DNA of 64,000 bases, from the NCBI GenBank assembly GCA_030390025.1, contig CM059435.1, positions 53,568,001 through 53,632,000 of the forward strand, written 5' to 3'. Origin of the DNA: Squalus acanthias. Taxonomy: Eukaryota. A program made the position numbers and the translations under genes. The notes below the pieces were generated by a model. That model made no database searches. It saw nothing but the letters and a program-made list of their open reading frames with translations, and was not told the origin of the DNA. Shown piece by piece: positions 22,535 to 35,266 of the stretch; within the stretch, counting starts at the first letter, position 1, and each line of letters starts with the position of its first letter.

Positions 22535-25322
22535 CAACAACAGAAAATGCTGGAAACACTCAGCAGGTCAGGCAGCATCGTGGAGAGAGAAACAGAGTTA
22601 ACGTTTCAGGTCGATGATCCTTCGTCAGAACTGGAAAAAGTTGGAGAAGTAACAGATTTTAAGCAAGTGTGGGACAGGGAAAGCGGGGGGAGGAAAGAAC
22701 AAAAGGGGCGGTCTGTGATAAGGTGAAAGGCAGGAGTGGTTAAAAGACAAAAGGGATGATGGTACAAGGCAAATGGAGATGGTAATGGGACAAGTTAAGA
22801 AACAAAAGATGACTCTAGATGAGGTGTAAATGACAATAGCAGAATCATCAACAGCTGCCATGTGAGAGAGAAAAGAAAACATGGGGGCCGAGGTTATAGT
22901 CTGAAATTGTTGAACTCGATGTTGAGTCCAGAAGGCTGTAAAGTGCCTAATCGAAAGATGAGGTGCTGTTCCTCGGCTTACATTGAGCTTCATTGGAACA
23001 GTGTAAGAGGCCGAGGACGGTGAGGTCTGAGTGGGAGTGGAGCGGAGAATTAAAGTGACAGGCGACCGGAGGCTCGGGGTCACACTTATGGACTGAATGG
23101 AGGTGTTCCGCAAAGCGGTCACCCAATCTGTGTTTGGTCTCCCCAATGTAGAGGAGACCGCATCGTGAGCAGCGAATACAGTATACTAAATTGCAAGAAG
23201 TACAAGTAAATCGCTGTTTCACCTGGAAGGAGTGTTTGGGTCCCTGGATAGTGGGAAGCTAGGAGGTGAAAGGGCATGTGTTGCATCTCCTGCGCTTGCA
23301 CGGGAAGGTGCCGTGGGAAGGTGAAGGGGTTTTAGAGGAGTGGACCAGGGTGTTGCGGAGGGAGCGGTCCCTTCAGAATGTTGAAAGGGGAGGGGAGGGG
23401 AAGATGTGTTTGGTGGTGGGATCATGCTGGAGGTGGAGGAAATGGAGGAGGATGATCCGTTGAATGTAGAGGCTAGTGGGGTGAAAGGTGAGGACAAGGG
23501 GAACCCTATCGTGGTTCTGGGAGGGAGGGGAAGGGGTGAGAGCAGAAATACGGGAAATGGAACGGACACAGTCGAGGGCCATGTCAACCATGGTAGAGGG
23601 GAATCCTCGATTGAGGAAAAAGGAAGACATATCGGAAGCACTAGTATGGAAGGTGGCATCGTCAGAACAGATGCGGCGGAGACGCAGAAACTGGGAGAAT
23701 GGAATAGAGTCCTTACAGGGAGCGGGGTGGGAGGATGTGTAGTCCAGGCAGCTGTGGGAGTCAGTGGGCCTATAGTGGATATTTGTCGATAGCCTATCCT
23801 CAGAAATGGAGACAGAGAAGTCGAGGAAGGGAAGGGAAGAGTTGGAGATGGACCATGTGAAGGTGAGGGAAGGGTGAAAATTGGAAGCAAAGTGAATGAA
23901 ATTTTCTAGTTCAGGGTGAGAGCAGGAAACGGCACCGATACAGTCATCAATGTACTGGAAAAAGAGGTGAGGGAGGGGACCTGAGTAGGACTGGAACAAA
24001 GAGTGTTCCACATATCCCACGAAAAGGCAGGCATAGCTAGGGCCCATGCGGGTCCCCATAGCAACACCTTTAATTTGGAGGAAGTGAGTGGAGTCAAAGG
24101 AGAAGTTGTTCAATGTGAGAACAATTCAGCCAGGCGGAGGAAAGCTGTGGTGGATGTGGACTGTTGGGCCTCTGTTCAAGGAAGAAGTGGAGCGCCCTCA
24201 GGCCATCCTGGTGGGGGATGGAGGTGTAGAGGGATTGGACGTCCATAGTGAAAAGGAGACGGTTGGGGCCAGGAAACTGGAAACTGTTAAAGTGGCGGAG
24301 GGCATCAGATGAGTCGCGAATGTAGGTGGGAAGAGACTGGGCAAGGGGAGAAAAAATAGAGTCGAGATAGGAAGAAATCAGTTCCGTGGGGCAAGAACAG
24401 GCTGAAACGATGGGTCTACCAGGGCAGCCCTGTTTGTGGATCTTGGGAAGGAGGTAGAAGCGGGCTGTGCGGGTTTGGGGAACTATGAGGTTGGAGGCCA
24501 TGGAGGGAAGATCTCCAGAGGAGATGAGGTCAGTGACAGTCTTGGAAACAATGGCTTGATGTTTGGTAGTGGGGTCATGGTCCAGGGGGAGGTAGGAGGA
24601 GGTGTCGGGGAGTTGGCATTCAGCCTCCGCACGGTAGAGGTTGGTTTGCCAAACAACAACAGCACCACCCTTGTCAGCAGGTTTAATGACAATGTTAGGG
24701 TTGGATCGAAGAGAACGGAATGCTGAAAGTTCAGAAGGAGGTAGGTTGGAGTGAGCAGAGAAATTGAGACGGCTGATGTCACGCCGGCAGTTAGCAATGA
24801 AAAGATCAAGAGAGGGTAAGAGGCCAGAGGGAGGGGTCCAGGTAGAACGAGAATTCTGAAAGCGGGACAAAGGGGGGGAAGACTCCTGGCCAAAGAAGTG
24901 GGCATGGAGATTGAAGGCAACGGCAAAAGAGCTCGGCATCATGCCAAGCTTGAAATTCATTGAGATGGGGGCATAAGGGGATGAAGCTCAGACCTTTGCT
25001 GAGGACTGATCGTTTGGGGTCAGAGAGGGGAAGGTCAGAGGGGATAGTGAAAATACGGCAGGGGGTGAGATTGGAAGAAGGGATGGGGTCAGAGGAAAGT
25101 GAAGGGGAAGAAGGTTCTGGATGGGTGTTGGTGTCCAAGAGTTGTTGAAGCTTGTGATCCTTGACATCTGAAAGGAAGAAAAAAAGTTTTTTGTTGAAGC
25201 GTCGGATGAGGCGAAGAATGAAATGGAACTGTGGACCAGGACAGCTTTGAGCGTCAGTGCTGCTGAAGAGAGAGGTCGAGAGTGTTCATGTGGCGACGCA
25301 TCTTTAAACTTGGTGATGCTTT
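22535..25322 (-). mobile_element. Penelope-like element, near full length, frameshifted
   Basis: DKG motif (IKPADKGGAVVV), LPKIHK..PGRPIVS, MDVQSLYTSIPH, GVAMG, QYIDD and a GIY-YIG domain, spread over several frames. Confidence 0.9.
22596..22632 (-). ncRNA. Minimal hammerhead ribozyme motif
   Basis: agtt-CTGACGA-stem II (imperfect)-GAAA-cg-tt-aact on the minus strand. Confidence 0.6.
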
Positions 25323-25930
25323 CTGCTGATGTTCTGTATCCCACACCAACGTCCTTCCTCTTATAACTTTACAGACACTGTAAATATTTGAGTGTTTTCT
25401 CTCAATGAAGTTTACACAAAGACACAAAGACGTCACTGGAACAAGGCATTGTTGATTAGCCTAGATGTTCCTGGTTCTGAAAAGCTTGCTACCTGGCAAG
25501 GCTTTGACAATCTTCAGCAATCAGCATTTAGTTAGTCAGCCTCTTATTTTATCTTGAGTTTCCCAGTATGTCCTTGAATATCCTGAGGCTCTAAAAGTTT
25601 AAAAAAAACAAAATATCAAAATGTACGCCAGTCAATTGAGGTCAGTCATTTAAAAACTTTTCTTTGAGGAGATCCCCTGCAAATATTGTCAGATACCTGG
25701 GGACCTCTGTCCTAACGTCCTAAAGACTGTGGCCTAGATTCTCCACAGTTGGTACATTCGGGATGCATCTCTCAGTGTGGTGGGACGTCTACCTGTCACA
25801 AAGATATGCCCTTGGCCCCCAAGCAATCTTCCATTCTTAGGGTCATCACCATGTTGCAGGTGGGCTCCCCAGCCTCTGCTTTTTTTTTGCATGAAGTGCA
25901 CATTTTAGGCATATTATGAAATCATACGGA

Positions 25931-26250
25931 GCGAGCCTTTGGCTTAGTGGTAGCATTCCTGACTCTGAGTCAGAAGGTGCCGGGTTTAAACCCCGCTCCA
26001 GACAGTCCCGACAAGTGGAGACCGAAAAGTGGAGCTCTGAAATCTGGGTTGACATCCAGCAGGATACTCACGTCCCTGGGTGTGGGTGGCCCCCACCCCC
26101 TCATCATATGGGTTGTGGGAGCCCATAAAACCCTCCCACCGTACAAGACTAACCACTCTATCGACTGGTATAAAGATGGTTATGGCCTCTCGAACTGTTA
26201 ATCAGTCTGCGAAGCCCTCCACTTAACACTATTCTCTAAGGGAGCAGCGT
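25931..26250 (+). mobile_element. tRNA-derived SINE (unassigned family)
   Basis: A-box-like tggcttagtgg and B-box-like ggtttaaaccc. The 3' boundary is approximate. Confidence 0.45.
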
Positions 26251-26257
26251 GAAGATA

Positions 26258-26557
26258 CAACACGGTGGCATAGTGGTTAGCACTGTTACCTCACAGCGCC
26301 AGGGACCCAGATTCGAATCCGGCCTCGGGTGACTGTCTGTGTGGAGTTTGCACATTCTCCCCGTGTCTGTGTGCGGGTGCTCCGGTTTCCTCCCACAGTC
26401 CAAAGATGTGCAGGTTAGGTTGATTTGGCTATGATAAATTGACCCTTAGTGTTAGGGGGGATTAAATATGTGGGGTTACGGGGATAGGGTGGGATATGTG
26501 TCAGTGCAGGCTCGATGGGCCAAAATGGCCTCTATCTGCACTGTGGGGATTCTGTGA
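26258..26557 (+). mobile_element. HE1-like V-SINE
   Basis: tRNA head (tggcatagtgg...gattcgaatcc), V-domain gtggagtttgcacattctccccgtg...ccggtttcctccc, and a CR1-like tail. Confidence 0.8.
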
Positions 26558-26769
26558 ACACCACCATGGAACTTTATCGCTGCACTGTGCTGGAAAGTGG
26601 GAGTTTGGTGAGGACAGTGTAGATTGCTCGACGCACCAGCACTCTCTGACCGGGCTCGTACGAGAAAAATGGTCACTTGGGTAAGGGCTGGCACTTGTTG
26701 AACTGGCTATTAAGTCCAAACATGCCGAAAACCTTTGTTTCTCTGGTGCCATGCAGCCAATACTATGAG

Positions 26770-27037
26770 TAGGGTTGCCAACTCTGGTTGGATGTATTCC
26801 TGGAGGTTCCATCATATGACCTCACACCTCCAAATATCCCGCCCAGTCAAACAGCCTTGATTCTAATCTATAATATTTTTGGAACTAATAAACAAAAGCG
26901 TTCAAAGAAAATGTAAAAAACACACTTTTTTTTACTGCCTCTATGATTTTTCTCCCGAGTTGCTGGCAGCAGTATCCTGAAGATTAATCTTCAATTCCTG
27001 GAGACTCCAGGGCAATCCTGGAGGGTTGGCAACACTA
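26770..27037. mobile_element. hAT (Blackjack-like) MITE
   Basis: TIR TAGGGTTGCCAAC / GTTGGCAACACTA with degenerate 8-bp flanks (actatgag / actacaat). Confidence 0.65.
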
Positions 27038-27837
27038 ACTACAATGGTGGGCATAGAGGCCCGAGACCTACAGATAGTCCAGTGGGTTTCAGTGCAGCCA
27101 AATGCAGCTGTCCAACACAAAACACACTGGCTCATTAGGGCTGTCAAAAATACATAAATTAGGAACCATCCCCATAATATAACTGGAGCACCTGAGCCGC
27201 AATCCTATTCCCAATGGGTGCTGAAATGGGGAAAGTAAGAAAAAATATATATATTGTCTGGGTGGCCCTTACGGCCACCCAACATGCCTATTCTTCTGCA
27301 CCCCAGCCTCAAAAGACCCCAAAGTGATTCCCTGCCAGAAAACAAAATGGCAACACCTGACAGGCAGCCAGCAGCCCTTTACTGGCAGCTGGCACCAGAA
27401 ATTGTCCCCTCCCGCTCCCCATGGTGCTCCGAGCATGTCATGCACTACACACTGGAAGTGCCAGAGCAACCGCTGAGCTCTCATTGGCACGCATGCCCGC
27501 TGAAGGTCCGGCAGCGACGGTACTGTGCAGGGACCCACATTGTCCTGAAAAATCTCCCACTGCGTGATGAGATGGCAACGTTATGTTGTGGGATGGGTAC
27601 TACTTGCTGAATGCAAAGTGGTAGCATCCACATTCAAACACAGCCATTTTCACAATACAGCAGGCTGACTTTGACCTGCCCTGGCTGTCAGTACATGGGC
27701 TACACATTGGAGAGTGCAAGAGTGCTGCAGCTGTTTGCAATGCTGATTTGCTAGCCGAGCGACCTGTGTTTGTGGTCAGTCTCAGTATTATGTGGCTTAC
27801 ATAACTACCCATAATTTAAACTGTATCTTAGCTTGAG

Positions 27838-28245
27838 AAAGAAAGACTTGCATTTATAAAGTTCCCTTTCATATCTCTCAGCAACGTCTCAAAGCATTTC
27901 ACACACAACAAATTACTTTGAAGTGCATTGGTGGGCATTTTGCACACAGCAGGATGCAACAAACATGACATGAATTGCCTGCTTATGGTTGAAGAATCTC
28001 GACCAGGACATCAAGTGAGCTCTCTGCAGGGAAACTCTAGAGCTATTGAATCTTTACTGTCCACCTCAACCAAACAGGTGATTTCTGAGTTTAACGTCTC
28101 ACCCGAAAGACGGCACCTCCAACAGTGCAACACTCCCTCAGTACTGCACTGAACTGTCAGCCTAGGTTATATACTCAAGACTCTGGTGTGGCCCTCGAAC
28201 CCATGATCTGCTGACTGAGGTGAAAGAACTACCAAGTGAGCCGAG
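27838..28245 (-). mobile_element. Diverged SacSINE1-like SINE
   Basis: Reverse-complement similarity to the 21876 copy (aaagacttgcatttata tail; gcacctccaacagtgcaacactccctcagtactgcac). Confidence 0.6.
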
Positions 28246-29289
28246 CTTATAATGTAAGGATTTTGATGCCCTTCAAATTGATTACTTTGATTGTTTGCTG
28301 CTGATTATGGATTGCTACGGCTGTAATGTATATGAAGGTTAGTGAAAGGCAACTCCAAGCTGAGAAATGACATGTGAATTGACCATGGGACCACACACTG
28401 CTGTAGGCAGACAACTATGACAACAATGGGGCTGCTGAGGTGATCTAAGGACAGCTTTAAGCACAGACACCCTTAATGAGTCGCTGGCTGCAGAAATCCT
28501 ACCCCCAACCTGTGAGCAATCCCAGTGCTAAATGCGACTTCCAAAATATTTAAAGTAGTTGACCTTGTGTTATCTGGCGAGGCCAGACTGCTGCCCAGTA
28601 TAGTCACAGCACTCAACGTACAGTGGTCCCAGTGCATCATAAATCGAGAGTTTCCCTGAAGCAACATTGACCTGAACCAACCAATGTGTGTGATTCCTGA
28701 CTTTATGCTTACCTGAGCCAGCCAATGTGTTGCACAGTGTACCATAATGAAGCCAAAATTAAACCAAAGTAAGCAAATTCAGACTAATCCAAATTGGCCA
28801 TTTGAATTTTGGGATCACTGGGGATTAGTTGACTTTTGCTGCATTGTGGTTTTTTTCTTTTTTCTTTTAAGGATAATTTCTTCTTGTGTTGTTATCTTCT
28901 CCCATTTTTCCAGTTGGGTCTGTACTACACACAGAGGGCAGTTCGACAACTTGCTTCCAAGGCTCCATCAGTGCTGCTCTGAAACTAACCATTATGAAGT
29001 ACACAAGCAAATCCAAAGTAACTGACCCTCTGATTTCCTCTCGCTGTGGGGGAGTGTGTAATCTGCAATCCTGCCCCCAGCAATGCAGCCAAGACGTGGA
29101 ACTCAGGAATATGGAGAATTGCCCATAGAATCATAGAATCTCACAGCACAGAAGGAGCCTATTCATCCCATTGTGTCTGTGCTGGCCTTTTGCTAGACCA
29201 ATCCAAAAGAAATGCCATGATACTGTTATCTCCCTATGGTGCTATATCTTCCTCAGTCTAGTGTCTAACTCCTTAAACTCTCTAAAAAA

Positions 29290-29850
29290 CCTTAAAAGTA
29301 CTTCTATCTATGCCATTGGTTCCAGCATGGACCACGGCTTTTGGCTGCTTTCCCTCCCTTCCCACGAGTTTTTCCATCCATGCCGTGATGTACTTCACCT
29401 TGGCACCAGAGAGTCAACATATCATTCGGAACACCCAGTCACAGCAGTAAAGAAGCTGTCTATTCCTCTGGCTATAGAATCCCCCACTTCTACCGCTTTC
29501 CTATTCCTGCCTCTTGCTCTACCCCTCCAGTCCCCTGCACCATGATGCCAAAGTATTACTCAAGACCATGCTCCTCTGAGTCATTGTTACCATCCACCTC
29601 ATAGTTGTCCAATACTATGTATTATTGGACAGTTTCAGTAACTCAGGGGTCCTTGCACTTATGACTCCTGGTTCTCTCAGCAGATGGTCACTATCTCTGT
29701 GTCCCACTTAGCATTGCCTCTTGGGTGACAACATCCTGGAGAATGCAAACCAGAAATTCTTTATCCTTTCTGATCCCGGGGAGTGTGGCCAACTGCTCCT
29801 CAAGCACAGAGATCCTCTGCTTTGGAGATTCCGTTCTTTGATACTTTGTG
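29290..29850 (-). mobile_element. Decayed CR1 ORF1 relic
   Basis: Minus strand shows VGDSIARGIDS-like esterase and QRISVLEEQL coiled-coil remnants. Confidence 0.5.
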
Positions 29851-29856
29851 AAAATT

Positions 29857-30337
29857 ATAGAATGATACAACACAGGAGGCCATTCAGCTCATCATACCTT
29901 TGCCAGCTCTGTGAAAGAGCTCCCAATTAGTCCCACTCCCCTGCTTTTTTCCCATAGCTATGCAAATTTCTCTATTTCCAATATATATTCAATTCCCTTT
30001 TGAAAGTTATTATTGAATCTGCCTCCACCATCCTTTCAGTCAGTGCATTCCAGATCATAACTCGCTGCATAAAAAAATTCTCCTCGCTGGTTCTTTTGCC
30101 AATTATCTTAAATCTGTGTCCTCTGGTTGCTGACCCTCCTGCCAGTGGAAACAGTTTCTCTTTATTTATCCTATTAAAACTCCTCATAATTTTGAAGACC
30201 TCAATTAAATCCTTCCTTAACCATGTCTGCTCTAAGTAGAACAATCCTAGCTTCTCTCGTCTCCCCACGTAACTGAGTTCTCTCATCCCTGGTGCCATTC
30301 TAGTAAATCTCCTCCGCACCCTCGCCAAGGCCTTGGC
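29857..30337 (-). mobile_element. CR1 3' fragment
   Basis: ORF 29972..30394 is the ORF2 C-terminus (RRFTRM...DLIEVFKI...TRGHRFK). Confidence 0.8.
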
Positions 30338-30744
30338 ATTGCTGGTTAACCAAAGCCACAGATTAGGCAAAATATTACTGCAGGTTACTACCACTTTCTA
30401 GCATTTTAAAGTCTTAAATTTTCAGAACTCTAAGTCACAATGTAAGCAGGTTTCATTACTGCTGACACATTGGGCCAAATACTGGTCCAGCTCTGCTAAA
30501 CCATCTAACAAGCTTCAATGGAGCTGCTTAAAGTTGTACCAGGACAGGGAGGGGCAAAACACTCTGTGATCTACTACTAGCCGGAAAATGGTATCAGAAA
30601 CATTCATAATCAGCATAAATCTAAAGATCAGGGGCTGTGCTTGTTTTCTGAGAGCAGCAGGGGTTACACAAGGGGGTGACCTGTTGAGCCTGCAGTGAAT
30701 GAGCAATCACTGGGCAGCACTAATGCTGCAGTGGCTGAGCTTGC

Positions 30745-31170
30745 TCCTCCGGCGCTGTAGATGGCGCTGTGCGCGGAGGCCAGGTGCGACAGCACGCTGG
30801 GCCCGGTTGCGGTCAGCGGCGGTTTGTTTGTGTCTCGGTCTATGAGCGGCCTAGGGGAGACCAGCGGCCGGAGCGGCGTGGGTGCTGGAGCCGGCGCCGG
30901 GCTCCGGGGCAAGGGGATGAGCGAGGAGTACTTCGGGAGCGCTGCGGACTGGGAAGAGCAGGATGGCTCCATGGTGAGAGCGAGGGGGCCCCAAATTCGC
31001 CTTATCCTGTTTAAAGATAGGCCGCGAATGGCGGAGAGGCGCCGAGAGAGAGGGAAGGGGCCAGGGGCGGGGCCATTGGCGGTGGGCGGGACCAGTGGGG
31101 ATGCCGGGGTTGGGCGGGGCCAATAGCTGGCGGGGGGCGGGGCTAATGGCTGGCGGGGGGCGGGGCTAAC
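30745..31170 (+). promoter_or_regulatory. CpG-island promoter region of NELFCD
   Basis: Locally high GC and CpG content, a YY1-like AGATGGCG at 30759, and repeated GGGCGGGG plus CCAAT/ATTGG boxes at about 31064-31170. Confidence 0.75.
30917..30973 (+). CDS. NELFCD: Negative elongation factor C/D, coding exon 1
   Basis: MSEEYFGSAADWEEQDGSM resembles human MDEDYYGSAAEWGDEADGG. Donor ATG|gtgaga, phase 0. In-frame upstream ATGs at 30842 and 30761. Confidence 0.85.
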
Positions 31171-31831
31171 CCAATTCCAGCCACTTTAGTGCCAGGCTGC
31201 CCCCCAGCAAAAAGCCTGTTTGTTCAGAAACTGCAGCTCCCCCTCCCCCCGCTTCTATTTCTGTTATCACATGATGTTGAGACATTAATTAATCAACTAA
31301 AGTTTTCAATGAACTTTCATAAGCAACGTCAGGACTGACTGCCATTGCCCTCCCCTAGCCCCTATTCTGTCTGTCCCATCTCAGCACTGCGTCCCCTCAG
31401 CAGCTTCTGCCCGGGGCCAGGCTGCCAGCCAGCACTGGGCAAAGTGCCAGATCAGTGGTTTGACACTCTGTGCTGTTAATGTTCACCTGGTGTGTCAGTC
31501 TGGGTCTGTGACAGACAGTGTGGGCTCAGGATGTTCCTGTAAACTGTCTTACAATGTGCTTATAATTGCCTGTGATTGCCTTAGTATAGCGTTTAACCTC
31601 CACCCTCACCCCCAGGTACACTCAGGGAGAACATGTTGTGATTTTAAACTCTGTCCTCTGTGCACTTGTATTTACTTGTATAAGCAGGGCTGATAATATT
31701 TATGAGCGGCTCCAAGAAACATGTAAATCTGCACCTATTATTTTTAGTAACTTGTTAATCAAATCTAACAGCTTTAATGAAGGAGACGTTTACTTAATTA
31801 GGGTGTCTGTCAGCACAAGACCTGTGCGTGA

Positions 31832-32040
31832 AAGAAATGCTTGCATTTATATAGCGCCTTTCGCGACCTCAGGATGTCCCAAAGCATTTTACAGCCAATG
31901 AAATACTTTTTGAAGTGTTATCATTGTTGTAATGTCAGAAACACAGCAGCAATTTGTGCACAGCAAGCTCCCACAAACGGCAATGTGCTAACGAGCAGAT
32001 AATTTGTTTTAGTGATGTTGTTTGAGGGATAAATATTGGC
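31832..32040 (-). mobile_element. SacSINE1-like SINE, 3' half
   Basis: Reverse complement of the tail of the 21876 copy. Confidence 0.7.
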
Positions 32041-32114
32041 TGTGACTCTAGATTTTATTAGAGCGTGACAAAGCCAAGTTTGTATTCCTCATGCACAAAT
32101 AGGTATTAAAATGT

Positions 32115-32270
32115 GGAATTGTCTCAGCGCTCCTGGGCTAGGTTGGGGAAACGTCAGCCAGGGTTCCCATTTCTGGCCGCTAACTGGATACCCCCCGCTG
32201 GATAGTGTGCGAATCAATGTCGGATGAAGACGGGATCAGGCTTGGTGCCACCCATAGTTGAATAGCTGCA
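32115..32270 (+). mobile_element. Ancient SINE fragment (AmnSINE2-like by recall)
   Basis: ctcagcgctcctgggctagg...cagccagggttcc... Related diverged minus-strand pieces lie at about 34660-34920, 46005-46240 and 58855-59095. Confidence 0.4.
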
Positions 32271-32375
32271 CCAGAGGTTGAGAAAGAATGGCATGATATA
32301 CAGAAATAATTATCTGGTTAACGTTACAAGTCCAGAACTCTGCAGGAAGTTCACTAGGGTCAACTGTTTTTTTCC

Positions 32376-32412
32376 AGTTCTGATGAAAGGTCTTCGACCT
32401 GAAACGTTAACT
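32376..32412 (+). ncRNA. Minimal hammerhead ribozyme motif in a Penelope 3' fragment (32370-32506)
   Basis: agtt-CTGATGA-a-aggtc ttc gacct-GAAA-cg-tt-aact. The flanking sequence matches the ends of the Penelope elements at 16405 and 22535. Confidence 0.65.
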
Positions 32413-32506
32413 CTGTTTCTCTCTCCACAGATGCTGCCTGACCTGCTGAGTATTTCCAGCATTTTCTGTTTTTATTTCAGATTTCCAGCATCCACAGTAT
32501 TTTGCT

Positions 32507-34380
32507 AACACTGACCCACTCCCAGGGACCCTCTGCAAATACTGACCCACTCCCAGGGACCCTCTGCAAATACTGACCCACTCCCAGGGACCCTCTGCAA
32601 ATACTGACCCACTCCCAGGGACCCTCTGCAAACACTGACCCACTCCCAGGGACCCTCTGCAAACACTGACCCATTCCCAGGGACCTTCTGCAAATACTGA
32701 CCCACTCCCAGGAACCCTCTGCAAACACTGACCCACTCCCAGGAACCCTCTGCAAACACTGACCCACTCCTAGGGACCCTCTGCAAATACTGACCCACTC
32801 CCAGGGACCCTCTGCAAATACTGACCCACTCCCAGGGACCCTCTGCAAATACTGACCCACTCCCAGGGACCCTCTGCAAACACTGACCCACTCCCAGGGA
32901 CCCTCTGCAAACACTGACCCATTCCCAGGGACCTTCTGCAAATACTGACCCACTCCCAGGAACCCTCTGCAAACACTGACCCACTCCCAGGAACCCTCTG
33001 CAAACACTGACCCACTCCTAGGGACCCGCTGCAAATACTGACCCACTCCCAGGAACCCTCTGCAAACACTGACCCATTCCCAGGGACCTTCTGCAAATAC
33101 TGACCCACTCCCAGGGACCCTCTGCAAACACTGACCCATTCCCAGGGACCCGCTGCAAATACTGACCCACTCCCAGGGACCTTCTGCAAATACTGACCCA
33201 TTCCCAGGGACCCTCTGCAAACACTGACCCATTCCCAGGGACCCTCTGCAAACACTGACCCACTCCCAGGGACCCTCTGCAAATACTGACCCATTCCCAG
33301 GGACCCTCTGCAAACACTGACCCATTCCCAGGGACCCTCTGCAAACACTGACCCACTCCCAGGGACCCTCTGCAAATACTGACCCATTCCCAGGGACCCT
33401 CTGCAAATACTGACCCACTCCCAGGGACCCTCTGCAAACACTGACCCATTCCCAGGGACCCTCTGCAAATACTGACCCATTCCCAGGGACCCCCAGCCAA
33501 TACTGACCCATTCCCAGGGACCCTCTGCAAACACTGACCCATTCCCAGGGACCTTCTGCAAATACTGACCCATTCCCAGAGACCCCCAGCCAATACTGAC
33601 CCATTCCCAGGGACCCTCTGCAAATACTGACCCACTCCCAGGGACCCCCCAGCCAATACTGACCCACTCCCAGGGACCTTCAGCCAATACTGACACACTC
33701 CCTGGGACCCTGTTGAAATACTGACACACTCCCTGGATCCCCTGTATATATTCACACACTCCCTGGATCCCCTGTAAATACTGACGCACTCCCTGGGACC
33801 CTGTTGAAATGGTAACACACTCCCAGGGACCCCCTGCAAATACTGATTCTCCCAGGGACCCCCTGCAAATACTGATTCTCCCAGGGACCCCCTGCAAGTA
33901 CTGACATTCCCAGGGACCCCCAGCCAATACTGACACACTCCCAGGGATCCCTGTGTACACTGACATACTCCCAGGGATTCCCTGCAAATACTGACACACT
34001 CCCTGGATCCCCTGTATATATTGAAACACTCCTGGATCACCTGTAAATACTGACACACTCCATGGGACCCTGTTGAAATACTGACACACTCCCTGGGACC
34101 CTCTTGAAATGGTGACACACTCCCAGGGACCCCCTGCAAATACTGATTCTCCCAGGGACCCCCTGCAAATAATAACACGCTCCCAGGGATCCTGTTGCAA
34201 TAATAACTCACTCCCAGGGACCCTCCTGCAGGTACTGACAAACTCTCAGGGACCCTCTGTATATACTGACACATTCCCAGGGACCCCCTGCAAAAACTGA
34301 CCGATTCCTGGGACCCTCTGAAAATACTAACGTAGTCACGGGAACCTTTTGCTAATATTAATACAATCCCAGGAATCCGT
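32507..34380. repeat. 31-bp minisatellite (aatactgacccactcccagggaccctctgca)n, degenerating rightwards
   Basis: Direct tandem repeats, homogeneous to about 33690 and diverged afterwards. Confidence 0.95.
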
Positions 34381-34923
34381 CTGAAATAAGATCCAGCAGA
34401 GAGTCTCAACTTCCCAAAGGGCCCTGTGTTACTGCAGGAAGTGGTTCCATCTGTCTACAGCATGGGAAGTAATGTGCTGCTACACCAACAAGTACAGAAC
34501 AATTCAGAAATTAAATGATTTCCAGGATGACGCGTGCTCCCAGTTTGAAACCTATGGCCTGCCAGTCCTCTTTCTTTATCACCTCCCCCTCCACCACTGC
34601 CAGCTTTCTCCCCTGTCCCGATGTCATTGACTCTCTTGGGTATGGCTCCATAGGTATCAGCAGCCCCTTGGTACCTTGTCAATGGTGCCATTCTGCATGT
34701 TTATTGGGTGACCGTTTGACCAATGGGGACATCACAGGAGAGCCCGATATGTTCTTGTCCCAACACGCGTGTGCTTCCAGTAACTGGATAACGGTCAAGA
34801 TGGCAGACTCTTTCTCATTTCCCCCTTACTAACCCAGGGTGCTGAGGCCAATTTTAATGCTTCTGCTGCCATCCTAACCAAGAGCTAATCCAGCGCAGGC
34901 TGGGAGTTGAACCTGAGACTCCC

Positions 34924-35266
34924 TATCTCTGTAACCTCCACCCCTACAACCCTCTGAGATATCTGAGCTCCTCCAATTCTGGCCTCTTGTGCACCCTCAA
35001 TTTTCATCGCTCCACTATTGGCGGCCGTGCCTTCAGCTGCCTAGGCCCTAAGCTCTGGAATTCCCTCCCTAAACCTCTCCGCCTCTCTGTCTCTCTCTCC
35101 TCCTTTAAGTCGCTCCTTAAAACCTACCTCTTTGCCCAAGCTTTTGGTCACCTGTCCTAATGTCTCCTTATGTGGCTCAGTGTAAAATTTTGTTTGCTAA
35201 CGCTCCTGTGAAGCGCCTTGGGATGTTTTACTATGTTAAAGGCGTTATGTAAATACAAGTTGTTGT
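34924..35266 (+). mobile_element. L2 3' fragment
   Basis: Reverse-complement homologue of 79..420, with tail aaatacaagttgttgt. Confidence 0.8.

Noticed and set aside
28886-29128. Possible exon after a polypyrimidine tract
   Set aside because: No recognisable homology and no partner exons.
32477-34409. Long ORFs (396-476 aa) on the minus strand
   Set aside because: These are translations of the 31-bp minisatellite, open in all frames because the unit lacks stop codons.
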